Source: Amphiscolops sp. MND2022 (Eukaryota). Taken from it: 64,000 bases of DNA. The stretch lies in NCBI GenBank assembly GCA_964187785.1, contig OZ076409.1, forward strand, positions 57,290,001-57,354,000. Reading direction: 5' to 3'. Below the pieces are notes generated by a model. That model was not told where the DNA came from. It was given only the letters and a program-made list of their open reading frames with translations, and ran no database searches. Shown in pieces: positions 13,396-26,630 of this stretch (position 1 is its first letter; the number at the start of each line of letters is the position of its first letter). A program made the position numbers and the translations under genes.

Positions 13396-13938
13396 TATTT
13401 CTGCTTTAGCAGGAATATTATTGTAACCTCAAACTTTCTACTTATTTTTTTTCAGTACAATTTTTCGGACGATCTGAATAATTCAGATCAGATATTTTGT
13501 TCGGCAGTGACTGTAAGCGTGGGAAAGCTGCCGACAACAATTCAATTCTAGTGCGATGGAACGAGCGAGTGGTAATTATCCATTCGTATGCTGACGTCAT
13601 TGAGATGAAGCGAGCGAATGTTCGTATTTGTGCTTCCGTTGCCCCGAGTTATTGAGATGAAGCGAATGAGTGTTAATTATTCGTTCGTTGAGAGCTTCGC
13701 CTGCATTCAAATGCGAATGCGAAACTTCGTCTACGCTTAGTAGTTACATTTTCTTTGGTCCGAGAAGAATTAAAGGCGGTGTAAACTTGTACAGTGATTA
13801 CATGTAATTGTGCGCTAAATAATGATTGAACAAGAGTGTATTGGAATTCCAGATATGATTCTTTTATTAATGATTTTTTGTTGTTTAAAAAAAAAGATTA
13901 AAGCAGAAATAGTACTGAGCCCCGGAGGGGCCTATTTT
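13396..13938 (+). mobile_element. HINE-like family B copy 2 (complete)
   Basis: 5' TATTTCTGCTTTA (13396-13408) is the exact reverse complement of 3' subterminal TAAAGCAGAAATA (13899-13911), followed by hairpin GCCCC-GGA-GGGGC (13919-13931) and TATTTT. Confidence 0.7.
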
Positions 13939-15737
13939 CAGATTTAACATAAGCAACAAGATTTAACAATCTTCAATTGTCTTGCAGTCGATTTCGTTGG
14001 ATAGTCAGGATTATTCCGCTTGCCGAGAAAAGTTTTTCGACTGTGGCCTGATACGCTAAGAGTTTTCTCGAAACCACTTTTCTATCTAATGGAGACAATT
14101 TTGCTATCTTAGAATTCGAATTGCGCTAAATTTGATTCTCGTGCCACTTATCCACTACCGTTAAAGTTAGGCATCGCTTCCGCTTGGTATGTAAATATTC
14201 GAAGTCTTTACGCTTTGTAAAAGAACAGCGTTATTCAAATGTTTTCAGCACGGTCTGTTGGCTCGTTTTTTCTGTAAATCTATAAGTTAGCTATCCTTTT
14301 AGTCGGCGCATTATGAAATGACGTCGGCCTTTCATAGCTTGACATTTTTATGCGAATTGCAAAGTTGGATATGGTAAGCTTTGTATGTGCTTATCAAAAT
14401 GCGATAATTGAAATGATGCGGCCCTTGCTAGAGATGTGGCTTGTCAGTAAATAGGCGTGGATTGCGATACGCTGCAACCTGCAGAGCCTTTTTACAGTGT
14501 CAGTGACAGCCCTGCCAAATTGATTTTGAAAACCTCGCACTAATCTATGAACCAAAACAGCAAATCACAAAGTAGGTGATCGTTTGAAAAAAGTATCGCA
14601 TTTTTATTGCTCGTCATTGAATTGTTGAGAGCCTCCCTTCTACAATAGCGTTCATAGATGATTCAGTCTGGGTGATGTGGCATTTTAGAGATCTACATTC
14701 TCTAATAAACAGAATCGGGGTTCTCAGGGTTGCGCTTGGCTCTGTTTTCTCGCTTAACTTGAGCGCGAGTCGTGTCATGATTTTCGTAATACCTTCCCTT
14801 CACTAAACTACTCCATCGAATAATTCTGCAGAAGTATTTGAGCAGAAATTTTCCACATCCCAGCGTGTCATTGCACGTTCGAGTGATGAAAGTAAAACCA
14901 GTTTGTGTTTTCGTCTCGCCTAACTATATATTACTGTGAAGCACATAAAAAACTATTTTTTTCACGGTCTCTTACTTTTCGTTTCATTCGTCTGTATAAG
15001 TGCGTCGGTAGTATTTTTGAAGTGTAATGCTGTATAATATGCGATGTTACGTGCATTCACTTCCTGATGCCGTTTTTGTCTCGTTATTTCACTGGTTAGC
15101 ACATTAACATGTTGGAGAAATCATATGCATATATGCCTGTGCTGTCTTGATATCACGTGATGTGGCTATATAACTACTTTGAAAAACTAGTTAGCGCATC
15201 TGCTGAAACGGAGTGAAAAAAGTTGCACATGTTATTATTCCGTTTTTTTTGCAGACTGAATGCTTAGGCTGACGATTGTTGGTAACAAAGGAAACTAATT
15301 GACGGCGATCCTTTGCACGGTTTAGTTGCAGTCTTTTATGCCTGCAATTGATGGAAAGTTCTATGTGATGAATTGATTGTACCTCATTATTATTACATAT
15401 CTTGCATACATATTCTACTTACATATCTACTTACATCATTTTCTCGCTCCTGACTTTATACCCAGTTGAAGCGATTTCCTATTGATAGTTCTCTGTTGCG
15501 CGTCAATGTAAATATCATCAGAGCGCAATTTTTTTGACGTATTGAAAAGTTTAGTCATTATCATCATTACTGAACCATCGGTGCAAGTTCAATAGACTGA
15601 ATATTGTTATATTTTCGCTGTTGCTTTCGATTTTTCCATTTAGATACCCCATCAACAGTAGCTTTCGTTGCAAAATTACTCTGGCCCATTTCAGTTAGAC
15701 CCAACTTTAACTTCAGTTACATAATCTACTAACGAAA

Positions 15738-18700
15738 ATGGCACCAATATTTGGGACCACGTTTATTCTTTATTCGATGGTTTTGTTTATTTGCGTTTAC
15801 TCAGAAGTCCTTGTTTCGACACAAAATGAGAGTAAGGTGGACCCCAACGTAATTTTCTTTGATGGCTTTACGGAGACTCCTAATAGGATGGTGGAAATGG
15901 AAGCTTCCGAGGCACTTGGAGCGGTTGTCATGGAAAAACTGGACGCAGACACTGACAAAAACTTCCCCAAATCTTGTTTTCAACAATGCACTCAAAAGAC
16001 AAGTGAGTCAGAATGAAAGTTAAGTTATTTCTAATTCTTTTTACAACCAAAAAAAGTCCACGAGAGAAATTTCCGAAGGAATGTCTGTTTAACAATATTC
16101 AGGAAAGTGTTCTGTCGAGGAAGTATCTTTTTCAAGTGCATTTTGCCTCTAATTTTGAGATTTTTGATATTGAATTTGCTAAAGCATAACATGGGATGAC
16201 ATGTTGATATGTTTTGTGATTTTATTCATCAAATTTTGGCAAAAATGAAAATTGGCTTATTGCGTGAATTGTGAAGCACTTCCGTTTTCTGGACTAGTGA
16301 TTTAGATTTGACACTTGAAGTGTTTACAGCGTGTGACTTGGTGATCATCTGGACGGAGACTAACCAGTGTGTGCTCATGTCTTGCAGACCCGCTGATCAG
16401 ACTGTGTGCCAGTTCGCCAATGAAGGAGCTATTGGATTCAAAATGTTTTTGAAAAGTAACTACTGTATTCTGTTTTCATTATTTTCATCCACTCACATAG
16501 TGCACTATTATTGAACAGTAATTTGAACAAAGGCTTTAAAGCTTCATGCGATCCTAAAATCCTCATTTGGTCTCCTTTCCACTTTTTCAGTAAAATTGAA
16601 AAAAACGGTTTCAGTCGGAAAAGGTTTTCTTTGCAACCGATTATTGAGTGTTAAAAGCTCATGCCATTTGAGTTTCCCTTTTTCGCGCGCATTGCTTCCA
16701 AGAAAGTTTCAGTTTTATAATGATTTTTTTTTCAGATTCATACGAACTGGAAACGTCTGAAACGACAACCGATCCCATATCGTTCCCTGAAGGTTTTATA
16801 ATTTCATTTCGTGAAATCTATGCTGAGCAAATGGATGATGGCCTCTGTAAAAATGATTTGTTTCCATTTCAGCCGAATATGGACAAAATGGAATAGACTT
16901 TGAAGATGACCCAGAAGACAGCAAAAAAGGTAATTAATTCTAAAATTTTACACAACACCTCCATGTTTCTATGGGAAACAATTTTCTTGAAAGTTGAATA
17001 TTCCAATGTGATAAATTTTCCGTCCAGTTCAAGATTGGTTCTGATTAATTTCATCATTCACCAAATGGTTCTTTTTCAGTGCCTGTTTGTGAGCAACCCA
17101 AACGAGTTGGCCCTTGCAGAGCTGCTTTCCCTCGGTTTTTCTTCAACAAGGCTACCCTGACATGTGAGCCATTCATCTACGGAGGATGTAGACCCAATGA
17201 CAACAACTTTAAAACCAAGGAAGAATGCCTCGCAACATGTAGTCAAAACAAACCCAAGCCTGAGAAGTCTGAAAAGGTTGCCAACGAAGAGCAAGTCAAA
17301 GAAGATATCGAAGTAGAACGGAAGGAAAATATTCAAAATGGTAGGTTTTAGCTCATGAAGTTTACTCGAGCCCCCGAAGCAGTTTCTTTCAGTTGTTTTT
17401 CTAGAGCTGTTAAAACTGAAAGCAATTGAGTTTATGCAATATTCAACGATATTCAACAGTGTTCAACTAGCTATCTATTGCATATTTATAATCCTACTTT
17501 CTCGCTTTTCAAATTTTCTGTGATTATTTTTTGTTAACTTTGAGCCTCTAAAACATTCAACATTCACTGAGTATGGAATATATGGCACAGTTCTTGAGAA
17601 GTTTTGAATGCGTTTCTAGTTCCAATTTGCGAGCAACCCAAAGAAGTTGGTATCTGCAAAGCATCCTTGCGCCGTTTTTACTTCAACCAGAAGACCAAGT
17701 TGTGTGAGAATTTCATCTACGGGGGCTGCAAAGGCAACAAAAACAATTTCAAGACGGAAGAAGACTGTGTTGCTGCTTGTGTCGAGAATGTGTTGACTGT
17801 AACGGAGACATCCCACGAATCTTCTAACGAGACAGTGTCACTAAATGGTAATCTACATTCTATTACTTGATCAGATTGCTTCAAACATGCAAGGAGTATG
17901 TACATTTCTAGCTGTTCTATCAGCTATATGCGTCATGGAATGAATAGTAGGTAGGTCGAGACCTTTAAATATCTCCGGGCCGGGATATTTTTGTCTAACA
18001 TTGTCGAGGAATCATTGAAGTACCTGGAAAGCATTTAATTGGAGGCCAGGTTCTAACCCATGTTCTGTTGTGTCAGAAGCAGTTGAAACATTGTGGCATC
18101 AAAATTAGTAATTTTATCCAAAAAGGAAAAATCCGGAGGCCTCGAAGGCTTACTTGAGACGTTAAATACGTGATTGAATGCGCAAATTTTTATTTGGTTA
18201 CTGTTCTCAAGCTTCAGACACGAAAATCAACTTTTGTCTACCTCTCAGTCTTATCGGGTCGAAACCAATGTTTATGGAAGTGCACTGCATGGGTTGGAGC
18301 CCCCGAGTCTACTGAGGTTATTTCGAAGCTATGAAACTGACATTTCATCACAGGAAAAAGCGAATTATTTGTTTGGTACGTGTTGTAGCAGACATATTAT
18401 TTGAAAATTATTTTTAGCCAAAATCTATCAGCCAAAAAAGATGTTAAAAAGGCGATGAAGTATATCCAAATAAAATTAAAAACCACTTATATAATAATCA
18501 TAACCGTAATAGCTGCCGGTGTCTGTAAGATGCATTAGCTGATCCTTGTGCGACCAAGCTTGTGTTTCAGTTGACCCGTTCCACAGTGCACACAGGCAGA
18601 CGTTTGGTCACGAGGGCGAGCGGGGTATGCAGATGATGAGTGCAACCTACCAGCTGGAGGCAGTGGTACCCCTTATCGTAGGAGCCCTCATCTCCATGGC

Positions 18701-21000
18701 CATGCTCATCCTCGTCATCTACAGGTGAGTTAATTGTTCATGCTTGTTGTATTTGGGAAATCTGGCAAAAAAAAATGTTTTTTTTGGCAACTTGAAATCT
18801 TCATCGTCTTTAACTTGACGCAATCATAGACTTCTCATAATTGTAAATCAAGAACTACGGAGTGTTCATTCTATTTGAAGCAGTCTCATTTCCCCCTTTC
18901 ATCCATTTTTAGAAAATTGCAACATGAACATTTTTCTTGGAGTGTTGATTTCATTTTCCGACGATGCGACTTTTTGTCTGGAGGCATCAAAGTAAACTGC
19001 CACACGGCTATGAGAGTGAATGTGTTATAGCGTAGCTTATATAGTTAACCTGTGCTGGTGTGAATTTTCCAATCATTTGGCGTCCATAATTTTATTGATG
19101 AAAGAGAATCTTTGTAATAGTAACTGTTCTTTTCCGTTCTTAACCCTGAATGCACCAGGACATTTCCGGATCCATCCACCATGGTCCATTTACGAAATCG
19201 TACCATGGTCCATTTAGGGTTAAGTGCCTATAGGAAATTTAACCCCAATTGACCTGGGCGTTTTTTAAAATTTTCAAAACTTGCCAAAAAAATCAATCAT
19301 CAATATCTCCACAACTACGCGTACCAGAGGAACGAACTATAGCGCGCTTGAAAGGTCTGATATTGGGCTTTCATTTTGGTCAGGTGAGCCCCTGTCGCCG
19401 CGCGCCCCTTCATTCAGAATTTTAGTCTTTTTCCGGTACTTCGTGCGGCCCGCTGCGCGGGGGGGGGGGGTTACCAGACAAAAGCGCCCAAAAAACACAG
19501 TCAAAAGCACCCCAATTGCATACGTCTCAGGATTTAATTGCCTTGATTTTGTCTCACGAACTAATTAAATGTCTTGGTTCAATGCTTGGTATTGAAATGT
19601 CGATTACGTAATGAAATTGTTTGAATCAAATGACTCATTTTATAAGTCACTTCAAAACTCATCCTATTAAGACTGGATAGCTCAGTGGTCAAAACTTTAG
19701 TTGTTGACTATTAGTCATCGAGTTCGAAACTAACTACATGGAAATTTTTCATGAAAAAGTCTCATTCAATTACCCGTTGGAAGGATACGACGGTAGGGTC
19801 GGTCCTGACTCGACGGTAAGAAATCGCCGAGCTGCCAAAATAACACTCTTGGGTTTTTCTTCGGTTAACACTGCTCGTGTTTTAAGTTCAGCACGGAATA
19901 ATTTCTCTTCTACTTTTTCGGGTTGTGGCTCATGCCAATGCTCACTCACACTTTTGATCTCGTTGCCAACGTTAATGCGGCCCCGGCAGTTTTTATTCAG
20001 ACAACTCCATGACTCCGTTCCGTTTTTGAGGTCCCTTGCTTCTCTGTATAAATACCCGCAGTGGGTCATAATGTCTTGGTTTTTCTTGCTTTTAAGAGCG
20101 GTGATTTCCATTTGGCTGATAGATTGAATTTTTTAACAGGTAAATCAGCTTGCCTTAGAAAAGCGTCTTCTGAATTAACAGGTTGACTGCTTTTAAACAC
20201 GTGAAATTGTCACCCTCGGCAATATCCGGCTACGCGTACTGCCAATTAATTATGTGCAGTTGATAGAAATTAGGTGTGGAATCATTACAATTATTCGCAA
20301 GACGCATCTGGTTGGGGCGCTTTTGTCTGTGTAAAATGGGCGCTTTTGTCTGTACACGGCGCGGGGCTTTTAGTAACAACAGAATATTATAGGGGTTTGT
20401 TGCACCAGGACATGTTGTGGAAAGGTATGTGGTTGGTTTTTTCTATTGATCAAAGACTTTTGAGAAAACTGGATTTCGTCAAAAACTGAACTTTGAGAAA
20501 ATATAACTTTTTGTGCAAAAAAAAACATTTTTCTCAGCTTTGGAGATATATTCCCTTTTTCTAATGCTTGTGCCATTCAACTCAATCTAGGTACCAATTA
20601 CTAGTTTAAAAAATTGTGCTAGAGAAAATGGGCTACTGGCAGAAGGAATCAGAATTTGGAAAAAAAGGTAGGCTGCTTTAAAGCACCACTAGGTTCATTG
20701 GGGTTAAAGACCATTCAAATGTGTCACATTCAAAGTCATTTTTAAGTGCGAGTGTCGTAATATTAACCTGGTCTTTCAGGCTATCGTAATTTTTGTTGGG
20801 ATAAATGAGAAATAGTTTAATTTATGTTGATAAGCAAGATGTCCATGAAGTTTGCATCTATTTCTAATGACTGTTCCAGGTGTCATGTGAACAGACAGAC
20901 TGGCCCCAAGAGGTTGCACAAAATTGTGTACGACGGACCCCCTCCTACCGTGGGAGAGCTTCACAGCGATGATGAAGTGGTCAACGGAATGTACACTTGA
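15738..21000 (+). CDS. Type I membrane protein: signal peptide - MANEC domain - 2 Kunitz/BPTI domains - TM - NGMY tail (SPINT1/LRP11/MANSC-like); 8 exons
   Basis: Phase-consistent GT-AG exons: 15738-16002, 16330-16455, 16736-16792, 16873-16929, 17080-17340, 17620-17847, 18571-18724, 20880-21000. Kunitz signatures [33 protein letters not shown] and [53 protein letters not shown]-terminus [10 protein letters not shown]. Confidence 0.85.
19144..19219. mobile_element. 76-bp piggyBac-like MITE
   Basis: TTAA on both sides; termini CCCTGAATGCACCA / TGGTCCATTTAGGG (14-bp TIR, 2 mismatches). Confidence 0.6.
19243..20703. mobile_element. Non-autonomous piggyBac-like element in intron 7 of the Kunitz gene
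   Basis: TTAA TSDs (19239-42, 20704-07); termini CCCCAATTGACCT / AGGTTCATTGGGG. Confidence 0.65.
19463..20358 (-). mobile_element. Nested MULE-like remnant with a FLYWCH zinc-finger fragment (ORF 20111-19770)
   Basis: Inverted CAGACAAAAGCGCCC / GGGCGCTTTTGTCTG ends; candidate TSD GCGCGGGG; ORF GYLY...[11 protein letters not shown]...HWH.P matches the FLYWCH pattern. Confidence 0.6.
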
Positions 21001-21870
21001 GTGGATTAAAAATTAAATTTACAATATTTGCACACTCAATCAAGGAATGAATCAAACTAAAGAAGCCTTTCTTGGTTAACCGTGACCAAGAAAAATTTTC
21101 GAAAGGCGTTTTTGAATACAAACGTTAAAGTGGCGTTTTACGATTACATCGGTGAATACTCGTTTTCAGCTATGAACTTTCAGTCAAAGCACACGCTGTT
21201 AAAATCTTCATAGGTTCATTTTTTATCATTACAAACTCGCAGTTCACTTCCGATTATTTCAAAAGCGGTTGGAAATTTTTCTTTTACGGCTCCAAGTAAC
21301 TTTCCCTTGTGCCTTGCTGTCTTTACCTTCTTCGTTCTGGAAAGCTATTTGAAGCGAAATCTCAATCTTAGTAAATGACGATGTAATGTACTTTATTTTG
21401 TATTACATGTTCTATTTTGTAGAAATTACCCCACTTAATAAATACTTCGAAAAATTTTTGGTTTACTGTTATTTAGATGTTCAATGTAAAGATGCCTAAT
21501 CAGATTTATCGGTGTAGGGTTAAATGAATCTAAAAAGATGATATGATACCTTGAATAAATAATTTTCATTTGGTTTTGCAACTTAGAAGTTTACTTGTTC
21601 ACAACCCTTTTTATATCGAGAGAAATAGGCAACGCTAGAGACCGACAATCGAGCTTCATTTGAATAAAGTTCAGCGTCAATTTCTCTTCAGTCTTTTGTT
21701 GAGATTTTTCTTAGAGTATGTTGAGCTTTTCAGAACGTATTTGCCACCTTTCACAAGAAGAAAAGCTAATGGCCAATTAGACCTGTTTTTACACAGCTTG
21801 TCCGGAAAAGTTTCGACATTGTCTGTAGACCATGAACTTGGCGGTTACTGATAGCATTGAAAGAAGAGTA

Positions 21871-22014
21871 ATGCCAAATGTGGTACTAAAACCTGTTGTC
21901 AAGAAGAGTCCTGTCATCACTTTTTCTGAGAAGATTCCCATTTTCAACACATTTTGCAAACCCTTTGCTGATGAACCATCCGAGAATCATTTGTCCTGCA
22001 ATGATGACGATTTA
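21871..22014 (+). CDS. Possible first coding exon of an unknown small gene
   Basis: ATG CCA AAT... open frame ending at a strong phase-0 GTAAGT donor; non-repetitive sequence. Confidence 0.35.
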
Positions 22015-22199
22015 GTAAGTCGTTCAATGAGTGTTGAACTCTTTTCCACAATTCTTTTCCATTCTTACTAAAAATTCTTTTCCACAGAACTAAGAAAACT
22101 CTTCAGTTCCACAGGATCAAAAATTAACAAAGAGGTCACCCTCAAGACTCGGGAATCATACAGAAAACCTCAAAAAAAAACAAAAATTGTGAAAAAAAA

Positions 22200-25100
22200 T
22201 CCCAAAAAATTATTTCAAATTTAGTGCGGTAAGTCGGTCCATAGTTCCGAAAGAACTAAAAGGCCATCTATGCTCGCAAAACGCTTTGTTTCTGCTGAAA
22301 ATCGAGGGAGGCTGTGAGAAGTTACTAACTTTGCCCAAATTGAATTTATTTTGTAAAATTATTTTGACAGATTCAGGTGTATCGAGAATAAAACTGACGA
22401 AAAGCCATGACTAGTCGACTCTTGTCTAAAGAAAATCGCCGAATAAAAAAATCACTACTATAGTTTGCGTCTTCTATCAAAAGCGCCGACTAATCACATT
22501 ATGCATGGCTTCGTGGCTTGTATGGAATTTGTACCTGACAATGCTTAGAATTGATTTATTTTCCCAATAAAAGGATATTTATTTGTTATAAAGAACTGAG
22601 GACCGTTTTCTGCGGGTGATACAAGCAATTTAGAAAAAATACATGGAGAAAACGCCAGTCTTAAAAAAAAACAAAATTCAGATATAGCCTGCTGATAAAA
22701 CCTAATTTTAGACGAAAAATGATGATTTTGAAAAATCTCACAATGCCGAAAATTGGAAAAGGGGATCCTAGGAATTTTCGAAGATCCAATTTGTTGCAAA
22801 ATATCGAAAAAAGTGAAGGGGGACCTTTTGGAGACATTTAAAAATTTTTCGAGAAAAATCAGAAATTTGAATAGTCTCATAGTGCCGAAAAATGTAAGAG
22901 GGGGGACCATTTGGGATTTATTGACATTCATTCTGTTGCAAAATATCATAAAAGTGAAACGGGACCCTTTGGTGCAATCAAAAAATTTTCGAAAAAAAAG
23001 TCATAGTGCCGAAAAAAATTGAAAGGGGGGACCCTTTGTTGTTAAAATCCAAGTTTAAAAAAATCCAAGTTAAAAACACCAAAATAGCCAAAGTCTTTAG
23101 TATGTTGTCGAAGTTCTGGACGTTGGTTTTGTTTTTTTGCTTGGGAGGTCGCTCTGACGTTTCGAGTTCGAGTATGTTTTGAACATTCAAGTTGTTGAAC
23201 AAATGAACAAAAAAGTGAACCTCACGCGTCTAAAAAAACTACCCTCAGTAAGTGTCGGGCACTTTTCTTCAAAAGCGCCGACTAAAAGGAGCCAAAAAAG
23301 GGTAAAATGTTCTCGTGTTTTTACATTTTTATTTTGAGAACAGAACTGACTTTTCCACGAAAACGTGCAATCAATGTTCCAAATTCTTGAAATTCCAGAT
23401 ATGTTCCTCAAACAGCAATCGTCTACAATTGATTACTGTATGCATTCAGCTTAAAATTAGTTGAATCATTTCCTCGCCATGGGTAGAAAGGTTTCGACAG
23501 CTATATCAGGGCGATATATATCATGAAGTACAAAACATGTGTCTCGTAAATTTTTCTTGAAGGTGTCATTCCATGAATTGACGAAATGACGTGAGGTGTT
23601 TCGTGGGGGGATATAAATTGCGTCACTTTGATTTTTGTCTTTTTGTCAGCCGTTTGCTTCCTGTAGTTTGATATTTCTTAGAGACGATGCCGTCCACTAA
23701 CCGAGAAGTTGCTTCAGAAAGCATACATTTAGAAAATTAAATGATGGTATCATTGCAACTTGAAGGGCTTTGCTATTGGCATGAACTGTGCTGTGACCTC
23801 GATGTACCTCAAAAATCAATCCGGGCTTTTTAGTCGGCGCATTTTATGAGAAAATGGGCCGACTATATCACAGTTTTTAGTACGCCACACATTGAGTGCG
23901 AATGATCCACTTTTTAAGAAAGTTTTCATACCCCAGAGTTTGAAGCACAGTAGTTATGCGCGCTTCCCAAGCAGACAGCTGTCAGTTCGATGACTCCCTA
24001 GGATTGGATATCTTTGTTTGCAAACTTTTGGGGTTTTTCCGGCACTGCAATTTTTTCCAAAAAAATTTTATTTCATCTATTTGGGTATTTTTTGGCGTTT
24101 CCATAAAAAATAAAGCGTTTTTAGAGGCCGTAGATCGCCCCTTTGAATATTTTTACCACTCTGAAAGTTGTGAAAAATTCCCAAAAACCACCCTGGGGCA
24201 TTTTAAGACAGTTTTTCGAGCGTTGAGAGGAGCGCCGACTTTAGACGTTCCCATCTTGTTTGCGTATTGAAATTCAACGGTTTACTTCCCATTCATGGCG
24301 GCATTACAAATAAGTCACATAGAGAGGGAAGTTATCACTAAAGCCAAAACCTATCGGAGCAAAGTTCCTTACCGAAATAAAAACAAGACGAGAACGTCTA
24401 AAGTCGGCGCTATATCTAAGGCTCAGAAAGCGCAAAACATTATTTTTGAAAAAACTAACATACATTCTGTTACAAAATATCAAAGAAACTGAAGGGGGAC
24501 TCTTTGGAGGAATTTTTTTTTAAAAAAGTCTCACAATGCCGAAAAACTGAAAGGGGGGACCCTTTGAGGTTTTTCAACCTCCATTCTGTCGCAAAACATG
24601 AAAAAATTGAAGAATTTTTTTTTATTTTCGGGAAAAAATCTCACAATGCCGAAAACTGGAAGGAGGGACCCTTTGGGATTTTTCAACATCCATTCTGTTG
24701 CAAAACATTAAAAAAATGCAGGGGGGCCTATGGGGAAAAAATTCCGAAAAAATGTCTCGCAGTGCCGAAAAAAATTGAAAGGGGGGACCCTTTGTTGTTG
24801 CCCGGTATGGTATGTTACGCGGAAAAACAGGGAAAACCTTTTTGGTCCAGTTCGCTAGTCCAAATGGTGCAATTTGACACCATAATGTTTGGTAGAACTT
24901 TCAAGAACTATTTTGGTCAGTTCGTGTGTATAGAAAAAAAGAGTCACTATGATAGTCGCGTTTCACTTCATGAAGCGCCGACTAAAATTGGATGAAAAAT
25001 TCTATTTCAAATCTACTTTCTACTAATTCTTGACTAAAAGTTGCAATGATTTTTAGTCGGCGCTTTTCGAAGAAAAACGCAGACAATAGTAGTGACTTCT

Positions 25101-25608
25101 TTTTTTTTAAGACCAACGAACTGACAGATTTTATAAAGAGTTATAAATAGCTGAGCTGACTTCACTGCACTAACAGTAACTGCAACGCTAGCTATCACTG
25201 CTGGCACTTGGCATAGAGGTTAATTAAGCTTTTTGAGGTCTGCCAAGCAGAAGGACGTGGGTTCGAGTCCCGTCCTTGATCAAATTTTTTTGTGCAGGTT
25301 GTTTTCGGCTTTGTGAGACTTTTTTCGCAAATTTTTTTAATGTCTCCAAAGGGTCCACCCTTCATTTTTTTTCTATTTTGCATAAGAATGGATGTTCAAA
25401 ACCTCCCAAAGGGCCCCTTTTACAATTTTTCGGCACTATGCGACTTACCGGAGACCAAAAAATTTCGAAAAAAATGCAAAAAAAATTCGGATTTTTTTAA
25501 ATTTTTCCTCACGCGGGTACTGTAGAAGAGAATACTTGACACTTTGAAGTCCTTTTGCTATTTTTGAGCCTTAGATATGGCGCCGACTTGGGCCGTTCCC
25601 GGCTTGTT
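22200..25608. mobile_element. Cluster of HINE-like family A copies (-: ~22600-23287 and 24381-24987; +: 23828-24262 and 25050-25608)
   Basis: Same AGTCGGCGC / GCGCCGACT subterminal inverted motifs and 3' hairpins. Confidence 0.65.
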
Positions 25609-26630
25609 CATTTTTCATTTTCGTAAAATATGAAATTGTTGGATACAGTGCTGTTATCTTTTTCCGACAATTCCTCAAAAACCTTACTTCAAGTGATAAA
25701 CTTGAATGTGGTCTAGTGATTACTGATACCGCTTTCTATTCCACGTATATAAGGTAATTTATTTCGAATCTATCGTCAAAAATTCGTGTATAGTGCATAT
25801 TCTTCAGTTCATTGTTTCTTGTCAGTTAGGGCCCGAGGACTAGAATCTAGCCAACGTCAAACGCTCCTATCATTCCAAGTTAAACTCTACTAGCAAAATT
25901 TTCTGATGTGGCACTTACCTAAAAAGTTGAGTTATATACATTGTATCTGAAAAACGTATTGCAATAGTTCAATTAGTAAAAGTGCAAAAGTTTAGCGCTT
26001 TGCAACTGCTCTGTCCAGAAGGGGTGTTCGAATCTAACGTTGAATGTCAGCAAATTAAATATCGGAAATGTGGCAGACTTTGAGGGCAACTTCACATTTT
26101 CTCGGCAATGTGAAACTAATTAGAAGCACTATTGCTATTTTTGTCAGAAATTTCGGAACTTTTTCCTCTTCCCCCTCACACTTTTCAATATGATGTTTTT
26201 GCAATTAATTATATCTCGATTGCTTTTCCAATGAAACAGTTCAGTTTTAAATTCATGCTCAGGATGATAGTTTAGGATCAGATACAAACTTTGTTCACAC
26301 TTTTTCCCTATGTAGTTACGAATTTTTGATGAAATCAACAGCTTCCTGTTTTGAGTCATCAATGAACACTCAATACGAACATGATTATAGTCAAATTGTG
26401 TGAACAATGTTTTGTTCAAGCGGAAAACTACTCTAATAAGGTGGGGACAACAAAACAAAGGAAAAGACTTATTCGAAGAAATATTGAATGATATAGTCAA
26501 ATATAATCCTCTATGTTGAGTTTGTTTTCTTTAAAAAGTATGAGGGGGGGGGGAAGGAAAAAGAGCCGAAATTTCTCATTAAGACACTTTGTTGATTACA
26601 CTGATTGCTTCAGCATGGCTAATTAGCCTG

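Noticed and set aside
25649..25753. Possible internal exon (CAG...AG|GTAATT) of the small unknown gene
   Set aside because: Its phase would not join the long 30134-30664 frame; insufficient support without transcripts
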